Positions 34,142 through 42,509 of a stretch of DNA of 50,913 bases are shown here, piece by piece. The first letter of the stretch is position 1. Each line of letters begins with the position of its first letter. Origin of the DNA: a virus (taxonomy: Duplodnaviria; Caudoviricetes); IMG/VR virus record IMGVR_UViG_3300012347_000312, positions 1 through 50,913 of that record, one strand, 5' to 3'. A model generated the notes under the pieces. That model did not search any database and was not told the origin of the DNA. It worked only from the letters and a program-made list of their open reading frames with translations. The translations under genes were made by a program, and so were the position numbers.

Positions 34142-34147
34142 TATAAT
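34119..34147 (+). promoter_or_regulatory. Putative sigma70 promoter TTGTTT-N17-TATAAT, 6 nt before gp47 ATG
   Basis: ttgttt ctacctacagcgagtag tataat caatag ATG. Confidence 0.5.
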
Positions 34148-34153
34148 CAATAG

Positions 34154-35170
34154 ATGAGTAATCTATTTAAAAAAGCTGCAATCTTTACCGACATCCACTT
34201 TGGCTTAAAGTCAAACAGTATTCTCCACAACGAGGACTGTTTGTCTTTTGTCAAGTGGGCAACTGCTAAAGCAAAAGAGGAAGGGTGCGAAACTTGTTTG
34301 TTCCTTGGTGATTGGCACAACAACCGATCGACTATTAACATTGTTACCCTCAACTACAGCTTACAAGCGCTGGAACACCTTAATGACAATTTTGAACGTG
34401 TGTATTTTATTCCTGGTAACCACGATTTATATTATCGCGATAAACGTGACATTCAAAGCGTGGAGTTTGCAAAGCACCTCCCTCGTGTTCAAATTTGCAA
34501 TGATTGGTTTAGCGACGGTAATGTCACTATTGCCCCTTGGCTATGTGGAGACGATCATAAGAAACTGGCCAAACTAAAAGGCGAGTACTTGTTTGGGCAC
34601 TTTGAGCTGCCCGGTTATTTGATGAACGCAATGGTGGAGATGCCAGATCATGGGGAATTGCAACGAGATCAGCTTGGGGGCTTCGGTCATGTGTTCACTG
34701 GGCACTTCCACAAGCGACAGACTAAAAAGAACATTACCTATATCGGTAATGCGTTCCCTCACAATTATGCAGACGCTGGCGACGACGACCGAGGTCTCAC
34801 TGTACTGGAGTGGGGATCAGCGCCTGAGTTTCATGCTTGGCCTGATCAACCGACCTATAGGGTATATGGCCTTGCGAACCTTATCGACAACGCTGAAACA
34901 CTTCTTAAAGCCAAAATGCACGTTCGTGTCAATCTAGACATTGAGATCAGTTACGAAGAAGCAGGCTTTATCAAAGACAACTTCATCACAAATTACAACT
35001 TGCGGGAAATGTCGTTGATTCCGAACAAAGCGGTTGGAGTTGATGAGGACATGGCACCCGGAGATGTCAAGTTTGAATCAGTGGATCAAATTGTCACTGA
35101 TCAGATTACTAATATTGAATCAGAATTCTACGATAACAAACTTCTACTAAAGATTTATCAAAATCTATGA
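34154..35170 (+). CDS. gp47: Recombination nuclease, gp47 / Mre11-SbcD family
   Basis: Metallophosphoesterase motifs FTDIHFG, LGDWH, PGNHD, FGHFE, FTGHFH. Confidence 0.92.
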   Translation: MSNLFKKAAIFTDIHFGLKSNSILHNEDCLSFVKWATAKAKEEGCETCLFLGDWHNNRSTINIVTLNYSLQALEHLNDNFERVYFIPGNHDLYYRDKRDIQSVEFAKHLPRVQICNDWFSDGNVTIAPWLCGDDHKKLAKLKGEYLFGHFELPGYLMNAMVEMPDHGELQRDQLGGFGHVFTGHFHKRQTKKNITYIGNAFPHNYADAGDDDRGLTVLEWGSAPEFHAWPDQPTYRVYGLANLIDNAETLLKAKMHVRVNLDIEISYEEAGFIKDNFITNYNLREMSLIPNKAVGVDEDMAPGDVKFESVDQIVTDQITNIESEFYDNKLLLKIYQNL

Positions 35171-35976
35171 TCTACTGTGTTTGGTATCCCAGCGGAGGGT
35201 TCGGGCACTTTGTTAATGCAGTGCTGACGTTGCATGGCGATGGGTTTGCAAGACCAAAAAACGACGTTAAATTTAGTGCAGTTGGGGATTTGCATTATCT
35301 TGATTTAGTGTTACCAAAATATCTTCACAATCATAATTACAATTATAATTTAGAAACCGTTGACCCAAACAAAAATTATTCTGTACTAATTGACAACGGT
35401 ATCAATGACGAATCAACGCTGTTCCGTGAAAAATTTAAAAACTCAGAAGTTATCAAAATATGTTATACTGATCGCAGTTGGCCAATAGTTGCAAAAACAT
35501 CAATCATCAAAGCATTGAAAACTCAGCTAGATAGCGAGTTGCTACTAGAGGATAACTGGGAGTCGAGCAACAACTGGGCAGTAAGAGAAAAGTATTTTCT
35601 CTATCTCAAAGATCATCCAAACCGACATGCGTGGAGACCGAGTCCTGCTAGCCACACGTTATCAGTTGAATCGTTGCTCGACTACAAGTTGTTTGTAGAA
35701 TCACTGCTGTCATTTGGTATCAACTGCACTGATTTTAAAAGTTTACACAGTGAAATGTCGAAGAACAACTACCAACATTTTTCTGGATTCCATTCTTCAG
35801 TTAAAATTATAAATGCAATTAAAACCAATGATCATATAGACATCACTGATGTTACTGATCTGTGGGATCAAGCAGTTGTAAATTATTTGTTATATCTTGA
35901 GTTCGGTGTCGAAGTACCAGCAAACACTTATGCCAACTGGTTTACTAACACTTCAGAAATTAGTAAAATACTTTAA
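35167..35976 (+). CDS. Hypothetical protein, possibly sulfotransferase-like fold
   Basis: N-terminal beta-strand plus YPSGGFGHF loop; inserted between gp47 and gp46; function is a weak inference. Confidence 0.5.
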   Translation: MIYCVWYPSGGFGHFVNAVLTLHGDGFARPKNDVKFSAVGDLHYLDLVLPKYLHNHNYNYNLETVDPNKNYSVLIDNGINDESTLFREKFKNSEVIKICYTDRSWPIVAKTSIIKALKTQLDSELLLEDNWESSNNWAVREKYFLYLKDHPNRHAWRPSPASHTLSVESLLDYKLFVESLLSFGINCTDFKSLHSEMSKNNYQHFSGFHSSVKIINAIKTNDHIDITDVTDLWDQAVVNYLLYLEFGVEVPANTYANWFTNTSEISKIL

Positions 35977-35984
35977 CAATTTTT

Positions 35985-36611
35985 ATGTCAATGAATACTA
36001 TAACACCGAATATACTGTATCGCGATGATAAATTTTTATCGTTGAGTGAAATTACTCACTATCAAAATTTATTGAAAAACAAAAATTGGGGTCTCTCTAA
36101 TACGCCAACATTGGATACACTGCAATATGTTAGCCAAGACTTGTACAACCATTACAAGTGGGACGGAAATTGGGACGATGTTGGATGGTTAGATTCAACG
36201 CCAGTGGATTGGGAGCATTTATACAATAAAATTGCTACCCATTTGCCACCGCATTATGTACACTGGGTCGACGCTAAACTGACCGGATCTCTTCAAGGCG
36301 GAACTCCTATTCACAAAGATGCAGGCCCTGATAAATCTGGCGGAGACACAACAAAATTTAGTGAGTCATTAACTGTATTGTGTAACCTAAACACTAACTG
36401 GGATCCTTTGTGGGGAGGAGGGTTAGTAGTTTATCAAACGTCAGTTGATTCTGATAATCGTCTAACGCATCAAGTGGGCGAAACAATACCGATTGTTCCC
36501 GGGCAATTGTTGATTGTTAATAACTGTTATCATTCTGTCGAATTAATCACCGAACCGTCCAAATGTAGAGTGTCTTTCATACTACATGTGTTAAAATATA
36601 AGCAATCATGA
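35985..36611 (+). CDS. 2OG-Fe(II) oxygenase
   Basis: HxD (IHKD), LTVLCNLNTNWDPLWGGGL, distal His (YHSV), RxS (CRVSF). Confidence 0.8.
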   Translation: MSMNTITPNILYRDDKFLSLSEITHYQNLLKNKNWGLSNTPTLDTLQYVSQDLYNHYKWDGNWDDVGWLDSTPVDWEHLYNKIATHLPPHYVHWVDAKLTGSLQGGTPIHKDAGPDKSGGDTTKFSESLTVLCNLNTNWDPLWGGGLVVYQTSVDSDNRLTHQVGETIPIVPGQLLIVNNCYHSVELITEPSKCRVSFILHVLKYKQS

Positions 36612-38689
36612 TCAAATTTAAAAATTTAACTGTTAAAAACTTTATGAGTGTGGGCAACGCCACACAAGGCATCGACTTTGATCGCAAGGATCTTACCCTT
36701 GTGCTAGGCGAAAACCTAGACCTAGGTGGCGACGGTAGCCGTAATGGCACTGGCAAGACCACAATCATTAATGCTCTAAGTTATGCACTATATGGCAATG
36801 CACTCAGCAACATCCGCAAGGATAACTTGGTAAACAAAACCAACGGCAAGAACATGCTTGTTAGTTTAGACTTTTTTGTAAACAATACTGAGTATAGAAT
36901 CGAGCGAGGTCGCAAGCCCAACGTTCTAAAGTTCTATGTAAACAACGAAGCGCAAGCAGCAACAGACGAAGCGCAAGGTGAGAACAAAGAAACTCAAGAA
37001 GCAATTGAACGAATCCTGGGAATGAGCCACGATATGTTCAAGCACGTTCTTGCACTTAACACATACACCGAACCGTTTCTTAGTTTAAAAGCAAATGAAC
37101 AACGCACTATCATTGAGCAGTTGCTGGGTATTACTTTGCTGTCTGAACGTGCCGACAAGATCAAAGAACTTAATAAAGCAACCAAGGATGGTATTGCACA
37201 AGAAGAGTTTAGAGTACGTGCAGTTCAAGAAGCTAACACTAGAATCGAAGAACAAATCGAAAGTTTAAAACGCCGCAGTGGATTGTGGCAAAAGAAAGTC
37301 GACTCTGATCTAGCATACCTTGCTGCCCAATACGATGAACTTGCTAAGATTGACATCGAAGTCGAATTGCAAGCACATAAAGACTTAGCAGTTTGGTCTG
37401 CAAAGAAGTCACAAGCTGACACCTACAATGCTCTAATTGCTAGAGAAACTGCGTGGCGACAAAAACACAATGCCGAGGTGCAGGCCGCTGGTCGTGCTTA
37501 CTTAGACAAGAATCGTATCAACATCGAAACAGAGTTAGCTGCATGGACTGCGTTAACGGCATACAATCAAAAAGCCAAAGACATTGCTGAACTAGAAAAG
37601 TATATTGCTAGATGTGAGGCTGACGAGAAGAAAGAAAACAAACTTGTTGAAAAGTTAAAGGCCGATGTCGAAGAACTAAAGAACCACAAGTGTTATGCTT
37701 GCGGACAAGACTTCCATGATGCCAATCACGAATCTGTTTTAGAAGCAAAACAAAAAGCTCTACAAGACGCAGCCCTACAAGCACTAGCAACAAACACACA
37801 ATGGATAGAAAATACCGATGCACTCAAAGCACTAGGTGTGTTGGGTGTAAAACCCTCAACACATTATGCAACAGAAGCAGAAGCCATTCGTCATTCTAGT
37901 GAACTCAACAGTTTGAAAGCAGCACTGGATGCCAAGGAAGCAGAAGCCAATCCTTTTACTGAACAATTAGATGAGTTGGAAGAAGTTGTTGTCCCGCCGC
38001 AACCTACAACACATTACGACAAAGAGTCCGAAGCAATCGAACATCGCAGCAGAGTAAACAACTTGCTAGATCAGATTGCCAAAAAGGGCGATGAGAAAGA
38101 TCCGTACACTGAACAAATTGAAGAGATGCAAAAGCAAGCTCTTCAAACAGTAGACTACGAAAAAATCAACGAGCTTACACGTTTACAAGAGCATCAAGAC
38201 TTCTTGCTTAAATTGTTAACTAGCAAAGACTCGTTTGTTCGCAAGAAGATTATTGATCAGAATTTGGCTTATCTAAACCAACGGTTAACTCATTACTTAG
38301 ATCGTATTGGATTGCCGCACACTGTTAAATTTAACAATGACTTATCTGTTAGTATCGAAGAGCTTGGACGTGAACTCGACTTTGACAACTTATCACGTGG
38401 TGAGCGCACACGATTAATTTTGAGTATGAGCTGGGCATTCCGCGATGTTTGGGAATCACTATACCACCCTATCAACTTGCTATTCATCGACGAACTTATT
38501 GACAACGGATTAGACACAGCAGGTGTCGAAAACGCACTTGGCCTGCTAAAGAAAATAAGCAGAGAGCGTCACAAGTCGATTTGGTTAGTATCGCACAGGG
38601 ACGAGCTGGCAGGCCGAGTAGAGAACATTCTCAAAGTAATTAAAGAGAATGGGTTCACATCATACAATACTGATATAGATGTTGCGTGA
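36608..38689 (+). CDS. gp46: Recombination ATPase, gp46 / Rad50-SbcC family
   Basis: KNFMSVG, Walker A NGTGKTT, zinc hook CYAC, signature LSRGE, Walker B LLFIDE, H-loop VSH. Confidence 0.93.
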   Translation: MIKFKNLTVKNFMSVGNATQGIDFDRKDLTLVLGENLDLGGDGSRNGTGKTTIINALSYALYGNALSNIRKDNLVNKTNGKNMLVSLDFFVNNTEYRIERGRKPNVLKFYVNNEAQAATDEAQGENKETQEAIERILGMSHDMFKHVLALNTYTEPFLSLKANEQRTIIEQLLGITLLSERADKIKELNKATKDGIAQEEFRVRAVQEANTRIEEQIESLKRRSGLWQKKVDSDLAYLAAQYDELAKIDIEVELQAHKDLAVWSAKKSQADTYNALIARETAWRQKHNAEVQAAGRAYLDKNRINIETELAAWTALTAYNQKAKDIAELEKYIARCEADEKKENKLVEKLKADVEELKNHKCYACGQDFHDANHESVLEAKQKALQDAALQALATNTQWIENTDALKALGVLGVKPSTHYATEAEAIRHSSELNSLKAALDAKEAEANPFTEQLDELEEVVVPPQPTTHYDKESEAIEHRSRVNNLLDQIAKKGDEKDPYTEQIEEMQKQALQTVDYEKINELTRLQEHQDFLLKLLTSKDSFVRKKIIDQNLAYLNQRLTHYLDRIGLPHTVKFNNDLSVSIEELGRELDFDNLSRGERTRLILSMSWAFRDVWESLYHPINLLFIDELIDNGLDTAGVENALGLLKKISRERHKSIWLVSHRDELAGRVENILKVIKENGFTSYNTDIDVA

Positions 38690-39542
38690 TATAAAGATCT
38701 TACACTTGGAAACAACGGATGTGTGCCAGGCGGCATGCCCGTTGTGTGCTCGCGAAACTGATCCAGAGTTCAACAAGAGTACAAAGCATCACCTCGACAT
38801 GAATAAAATCGTACAGGTGTTTGATACTACTCAAATTTCTAAGTTAGATAAAATGTTTATGTGTGGCAACTACGGTGATCCGGCTGCTGGCAAACACACC
38901 CTAGACATATACCGAGAGTTTCGCAAACTTAATCCCGACATTGTATTAGGGATGAATACAAATGGTGCATTACGAACCCCAGAGTGGTGGCACGAGCTAG
39001 GAAGTATATTAAATCAAACACAAGACTATGTTGTGTTTAGCATTGACGGGCTTGAAGATACCAATCACATCTATCGCAAAAATGTAAGCTGGAGCCACTT
39101 GATAACAAATATCAAAGCATTTGTTGCCGCAGGAGGATCAGCACACTGGGATATGTTGGTGTACCAGCACAATGAACATCAAGTTGACCAATGCCTGCAA
39201 CTTGCACGTGACTTAGGGTTCAAATGGTTTAGATCCAAGGTTTCGTTGCGTAAGCTGACAGATAATTTAAGTTGGCCAACAGGTTGGTTGCAATCTAAAC
39301 AAAACAGTAGTACAATACATTGTCATGCATTAGAAGAGCAAAGTCTTTTTATTGATGCACAAGGTCGGGTAAGTGTTTGCGCCTGGTTAGGGGCAACGCA
39401 AGGAGATACCATAAGTGATGTTGAACAAGTTAGGGCTACCTGGACATCGAGTAAGCCTCATCCTATTTGTTTAAGAATGTGTTCAATGCAGTCATCTGGT
39501 ACAAACTTTACCAACCAATGGAAATACGAAATAGAACTATGA
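38679..39542 (+). CDS. Radical SAM enzyme with C-terminal Cys-rich (twitch/SPASM-like) region
   Basis: CQAACPLC (CxxxCxxC), CGNYGDP, TNG, FSIDG, later C..C..CLRMC. Confidence 0.88.
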   Translation: MLRDIKILHLETTDVCQAACPLCARETDPEFNKSTKHHLDMNKIVQVFDTTQISKLDKMFMCGNYGDPAAGKHTLDIYREFRKLNPDIVLGMNTNGALRTPEWWHELGSILNQTQDYVVFSIDGLEDTNHIYRKNVSWSHLITNIKAFVAAGGSAHWDMLVYQHNEHQVDQCLQLARDLGFKWFRSKVSLRKLTDNLSWPTGWLQSKQNSSTIHCHALEEQSLFIDAQGRVSVCAWLGATQGDTISDVEQVRATWTSSKPHPICLRMCSMQSSGTNFTNQWKYEIEL

Positions 39543-40570
39543 CTGCGAAGATTGTTAAGATTACTCCTACAGAGGACTTGTTCTCTATTACTTGGAGCAT
39601 GCACAAAAGATGCAACAACGACTGCATGTACTGTGGTGACTTCTTGCACGACAACACTTCTCCAGTTAGACCACTTGCTGAGTTGCAAGAACATTGGTTA
39701 CAGGTATTTGAGAAAACAAAGCACCTTGGACTCAAATACAAGATCTCAATCACAGGCGGCGAAGCAGTAATCAACAAGGACTTCAGACCGTTTGTTGACT
39801 GGCTAACTGACAACTACAGCAACAATATTCAAGTTATCGGGCTAACTAGCAACGGAACTTCTAGCAAAAACTACTATCTAGGTCTACTCGAAAAAGTAAC
39901 ATTTTTAACATTGAGTACCCATACTGAAACAATGGATGTGGAACGATTTGTTGATACCGCTATTGCATGCAACACATATTCACAAAATACACCAGGTAAA
40001 TTTTTCATGGTTAACATCATGGAAGAGTACTGGGCACTGGACACAATTAAACATCTTATTGATGTTTGCAAAGCCAACCAAATACGATATAGCATTAACA
40101 AGATCGATTACTACCGGTCTGGGTCAAAAGAGTATCCTGTGTTTGTAATTAACAAACAAAACGTTCCTCGCCCAGATTTGCAAAAGTCGCCAGAAGTAAT
40201 AGAAGCAGCACATCGTGCCATTCAGGATTATGCTAACTTGCACACAGTTCCTACTGATTACTACTACAACGTAGAAGTTGGGTACGACGACGATTCGTCT
40301 ATTAATACGTATGCTACAAGACTCAAGTTTTTGGGTTTTAGCCAATTCAAGGGCTGGCAATGTTCAGCAGGCTATAAACGGATTTCTATTGCGTCAGACA
40401 CTTCTGTGTACAGTGGCGAATGCAATAATCGATTGTTAGGTAAACTTTCAGATAACAGTTTTCAACTTTTGCAGGCACCGGATATATGTTTACAGCGTAC
40501 ATGTACCGGTAACCCAGACGATCTAATGATAAACAAACAAATTTTAGGTGACGACCCCCAGCAAGCATAA
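39539..40570 (+). CDS. Radical SAM enzyme
   Basis: CNNDCMYC, TGGEA, TSNG; C-terminal WQCSAG..GEC..ICLQRTC; likely start MTAK at 39539 (ATGA overlap). Confidence 0.88.
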   Translation: MTAKIVKITPTEDLFSITWSMHKRCNNDCMYCGDFLHDNTSPVRPLAELQEHWLQVFEKTKHLGLKYKISITGGEAVINKDFRPFVDWLTDNYSNNIQVIGLTSNGTSSKNYYLGLLEKVTFLTLSTHTETMDVERFVDTAIACNTYSQNTPGKFFMVNIMEEYWALDTIKHLIDVCKANQIRYSINKIDYYRSGSKEYPVFVINKQNVPRPDLQKSPEVIEAAHRAIQDYANLHTVPTDYYYNVEVGYDDDSSINTYATRLKFLGFSQFKGWQCSAGYKRISIASDTSVYSGECNNRLLGKLSDNSFQLLQAPDICLQRTCTGNPDDLMINKQILGDDPQQA

Positions 40571-40579
40571 TTACTGTTA

Positions 40580-41011
40580 ATGTCGTGGCAATATCAAAAT
40601 CAACTCGTAGAAACTTTACCAGAAGACTGTGTTGGCTTTGTATATCTAATCACCAACATTACTACTCAACGCAAATACATAGGCAAAAAACTAGCAAAAT
40701 TTAAGAAAACAACTTACAAAACAGTTAAACTTAAAAACGGCACAAAGAAAAAAAAGAAAATTAGAGGAAGCATTGATTCTGATTGGCGAGAGTATTACGG
40801 TTCTAGCCCAGAATTAACCAAAGATGTACTAGCATTAGGCACAGCAAACTTTACTCGTGAAATATTGTTTTACTGCAAATCAAAAGCAGAATGCAGTTAT
40901 ATCGAGGCTAGAGAACAGTTTGCAAGGCGTGTGCTAGAATCAGCAGATTATTACAACGGGCATATTCAAGTACGTGTACACGGAAGTCACGTAATAGGTA
41001 AAATTAAATGA
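40580..41011 (+). CDS. Small GIY-YIG family endonuclease
   Basis: GFVYLITN..RKYIGKK, basic insertion, YYGSS, conserved Glu (YIEAREQ), YYN. Confidence 0.8.
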   Translation: MSWQYQNQLVETLPEDCVGFVYLITNITTQRKYIGKKLAKFKKTTYKTVKLKNGTKKKKKIRGSIDSDWREYYGSSPELTKDVLALGTANFTREILFYCKSKAECSYIEAREQFARRVLESADYYNGHIQVRVHGSHVIGKIK

Positions 41012-41796
41012 CAGTATCTCTATTCGTAGGATGTTCTTTTACTTCAGGTAAAGGGTTTGATCTTGAAAAAGACGAGCCGGGCCTATGGGTTAATCAAGTA
41101 CATTCAACTAACAGAGATCTACAAAAAACCGAACTTGTTAATCACGGTGTGTCTGGAGCTTCAAATTCAGAAATTTTCTACAATGCAGTTAGCGGGTTAG
41201 TTAACTTCACTCCTAAGTATATGTTTGTTCAGTGGACTCGAAGCCCACGATACAGAGTACAATTAGGTGTCGAATCTTATGTTGCTAGTCAGTACTTTGG
41301 TATGGACGGCGAAGTATTTGACCACAACTTGCACAGTATAAATTACACCGCTGGGTATCTCGAAGATGTAAGAAATAGATTTCTATCGTTACATCATCCG
41401 CAAGGCGGAATAGTAGAGATAATTAAGTACACAAACACTCTTATAAATCTTTCAAAAACTACAAACACTAAAGTATTTTTTATCAACGGACTGTGTCCGT
41501 GGGATGATCAATTTTTTAATAAAATTAACGGCAACACTCCAAGCGATTACACCAAATACACACAGTATCTACTAGATTCAGACACTAGAAGCGACCAAGA
41601 AGTTTTTACACTTTACAATAAAATCCACGACGAATACACACAAGCTGGCAACATACAACAACAGTACTGGATTAATTTATATAATTCTTTCACTGACAAC
41701 AAAATCGACGTTAACAACGACAACACACATCCAGGCATCAAATCCAATCAGCTGTATTTTGACATCGTCAACAAATCCTTAACAAACACAATTTAA
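41008..41796 (+). CDS. SGNH/GDSL-like hydrolase
   Basis: FVGCSFTSG (block I Ser), NHGVSGASN, VQWT, C-terminal DNTHPG (DxxH). Confidence 0.7.
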   Translation: MTVSLFVGCSFTSGKGFDLEKDEPGLWVNQVHSTNRDLQKTELVNHGVSGASNSEIFYNAVSGLVNFTPKYMFVQWTRSPRYRVQLGVESYVASQYFGMDGEVFDHNLHSINYTAGYLEDVRNRFLSLHHPQGGIVEIIKYTNTLINLSKTTNTKVFFINGLCPWDDQFFNKINGNTPSDYTKYTQYLLDSDTRSDQEVFTLYNKIHDEYTQAGNIQQQYWINLYNSFTDNKIDVNNDNTHPGIKSNQLYFDIVNKSLTNTI

Positions 41797-41799
41797 GCA

Positions 41800-42260
41800 G
41801 TTACGACTCGCACAGGTCAATCTCATGTGCCTAGAGACAACCGGATAAAAACGGGGACGGAAGCCTCGCCGCGCTAGCGAGCACTCAATCACTATCCTTA
41901 ACAGGACGACGATCGCTTAACACCTGCGGTTTGATTGTTTGAACAGAATTTTAAAAGGGAAAAAGACGTAGCAGTGATGCTACACGATCAATATATGTGT
42001 TAGCGTATGTATATTGACCCGCCGTTGTTATAAAGACGCAACTCGAGGTACCGGACAACCGCCTCTGTAATGTTGTAACGCTATGTGGCTGTATGAACTC
42101 AGATGAAGTTCCAGTTTTTATCTTTGCCCTGTGCGGGCAAAGTGTGACCATTGAATCTAGATGAAGCATTAAATCGCTTCGCTCTTGCTTCTTTACTACT
42201 TCTTAAAAAACTGTTGTTGAGCGATAGCGATAACAACAGATGTCTGTAAGACATCTCCTA
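41800..42260 (+). ncRNA. Candidate large structured non-coding RNA (or structured DNA element), family unknown
   Basis: No credible ORF; at least 10 helices, e.g. GTAGCA-GTGA-TGCTAC (GNRA loop), CTTTGCCC/GGGCAAAG, TCAATATATGTG/TATGTATATTGA (G-U pairs favour + strand), CAATCA..TGATTG three-way junction. Confidence 0.6.
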
Positions 42261-42272
42261 GTGTGTTACTAG

Positions 42273-42509
42273 TTAGAAGAAGGGTAATCCTGACTTCTTA
42301 GTTGTTTCCATATTGTCTTTGATGATAGTGCTAATAATTTTTCGTTCCTCTTGACTTAGGTTAAGGGCATGGTCGTAGGTAATACCTCCTCGCATGAACC
42401 ATGACATTTTCAAAGCCTCCTGTCTTATCGCATTACAATCGGTTTCCATTTGGTCAACGATTTGCGAAATTGTGTCTGAGTCGGATGTCAGGAGGCGGGA
42501 GCGAAAAAA
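42273..42509 (-). CDS. Short gp51-position ORF; probable -1 frameshift extension of the gp26-like chaperone (absent from ORF track)
   Basis: Frame opens right after a TAA at the slippery site: FFRSRLLTSDSDTISQIVDQMETDCNAIRQEALKMSWFMRGGITYDHALNLSQEERKIISTIIKDNMETTKKSGLPFF*; internal ATGs at 42449 and 42407. Confidence 0.7.
   Translation of the reverse strand, partial: FFRSRLLTSDSDTISQIVDQMETDCNAIRQEALKMSWFMRGGITYDHALNLSQEERKIISTIIKDNMETTKKSGLPFF
42415..42509 (-). other. Candidate programmed -1 ribosomal frameshift signal
   Basis: Heptamer T TTT TTC (42509-42503), 6-nt spacer, stem GCCTCCTG (42496-42489) / CAGGAGGC (42422-42415). Confidence 0.6.

Noticed and set aside
41951-42169. 72-aa minus-strand ORF inside the structured gap
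   Set aside because: No SD or promoter box and no recognisable motif; the region is better explained by base pairing
42090-42185. CAGATGAAG / TAGATGAAG as a hammerhead ribozyme core
   Set aside because: Lacks CUGAUGA and a properly placed GAAA and stem arrangement
41800-42260. Group I/II intron, tmRNA, RNase P, tRNA cluster or CRISPR array
   Set aside because: No interrupted gene, no recognisable conserved cores, no cloverleaf or T-loop, no regular repeat-spacer periodicity
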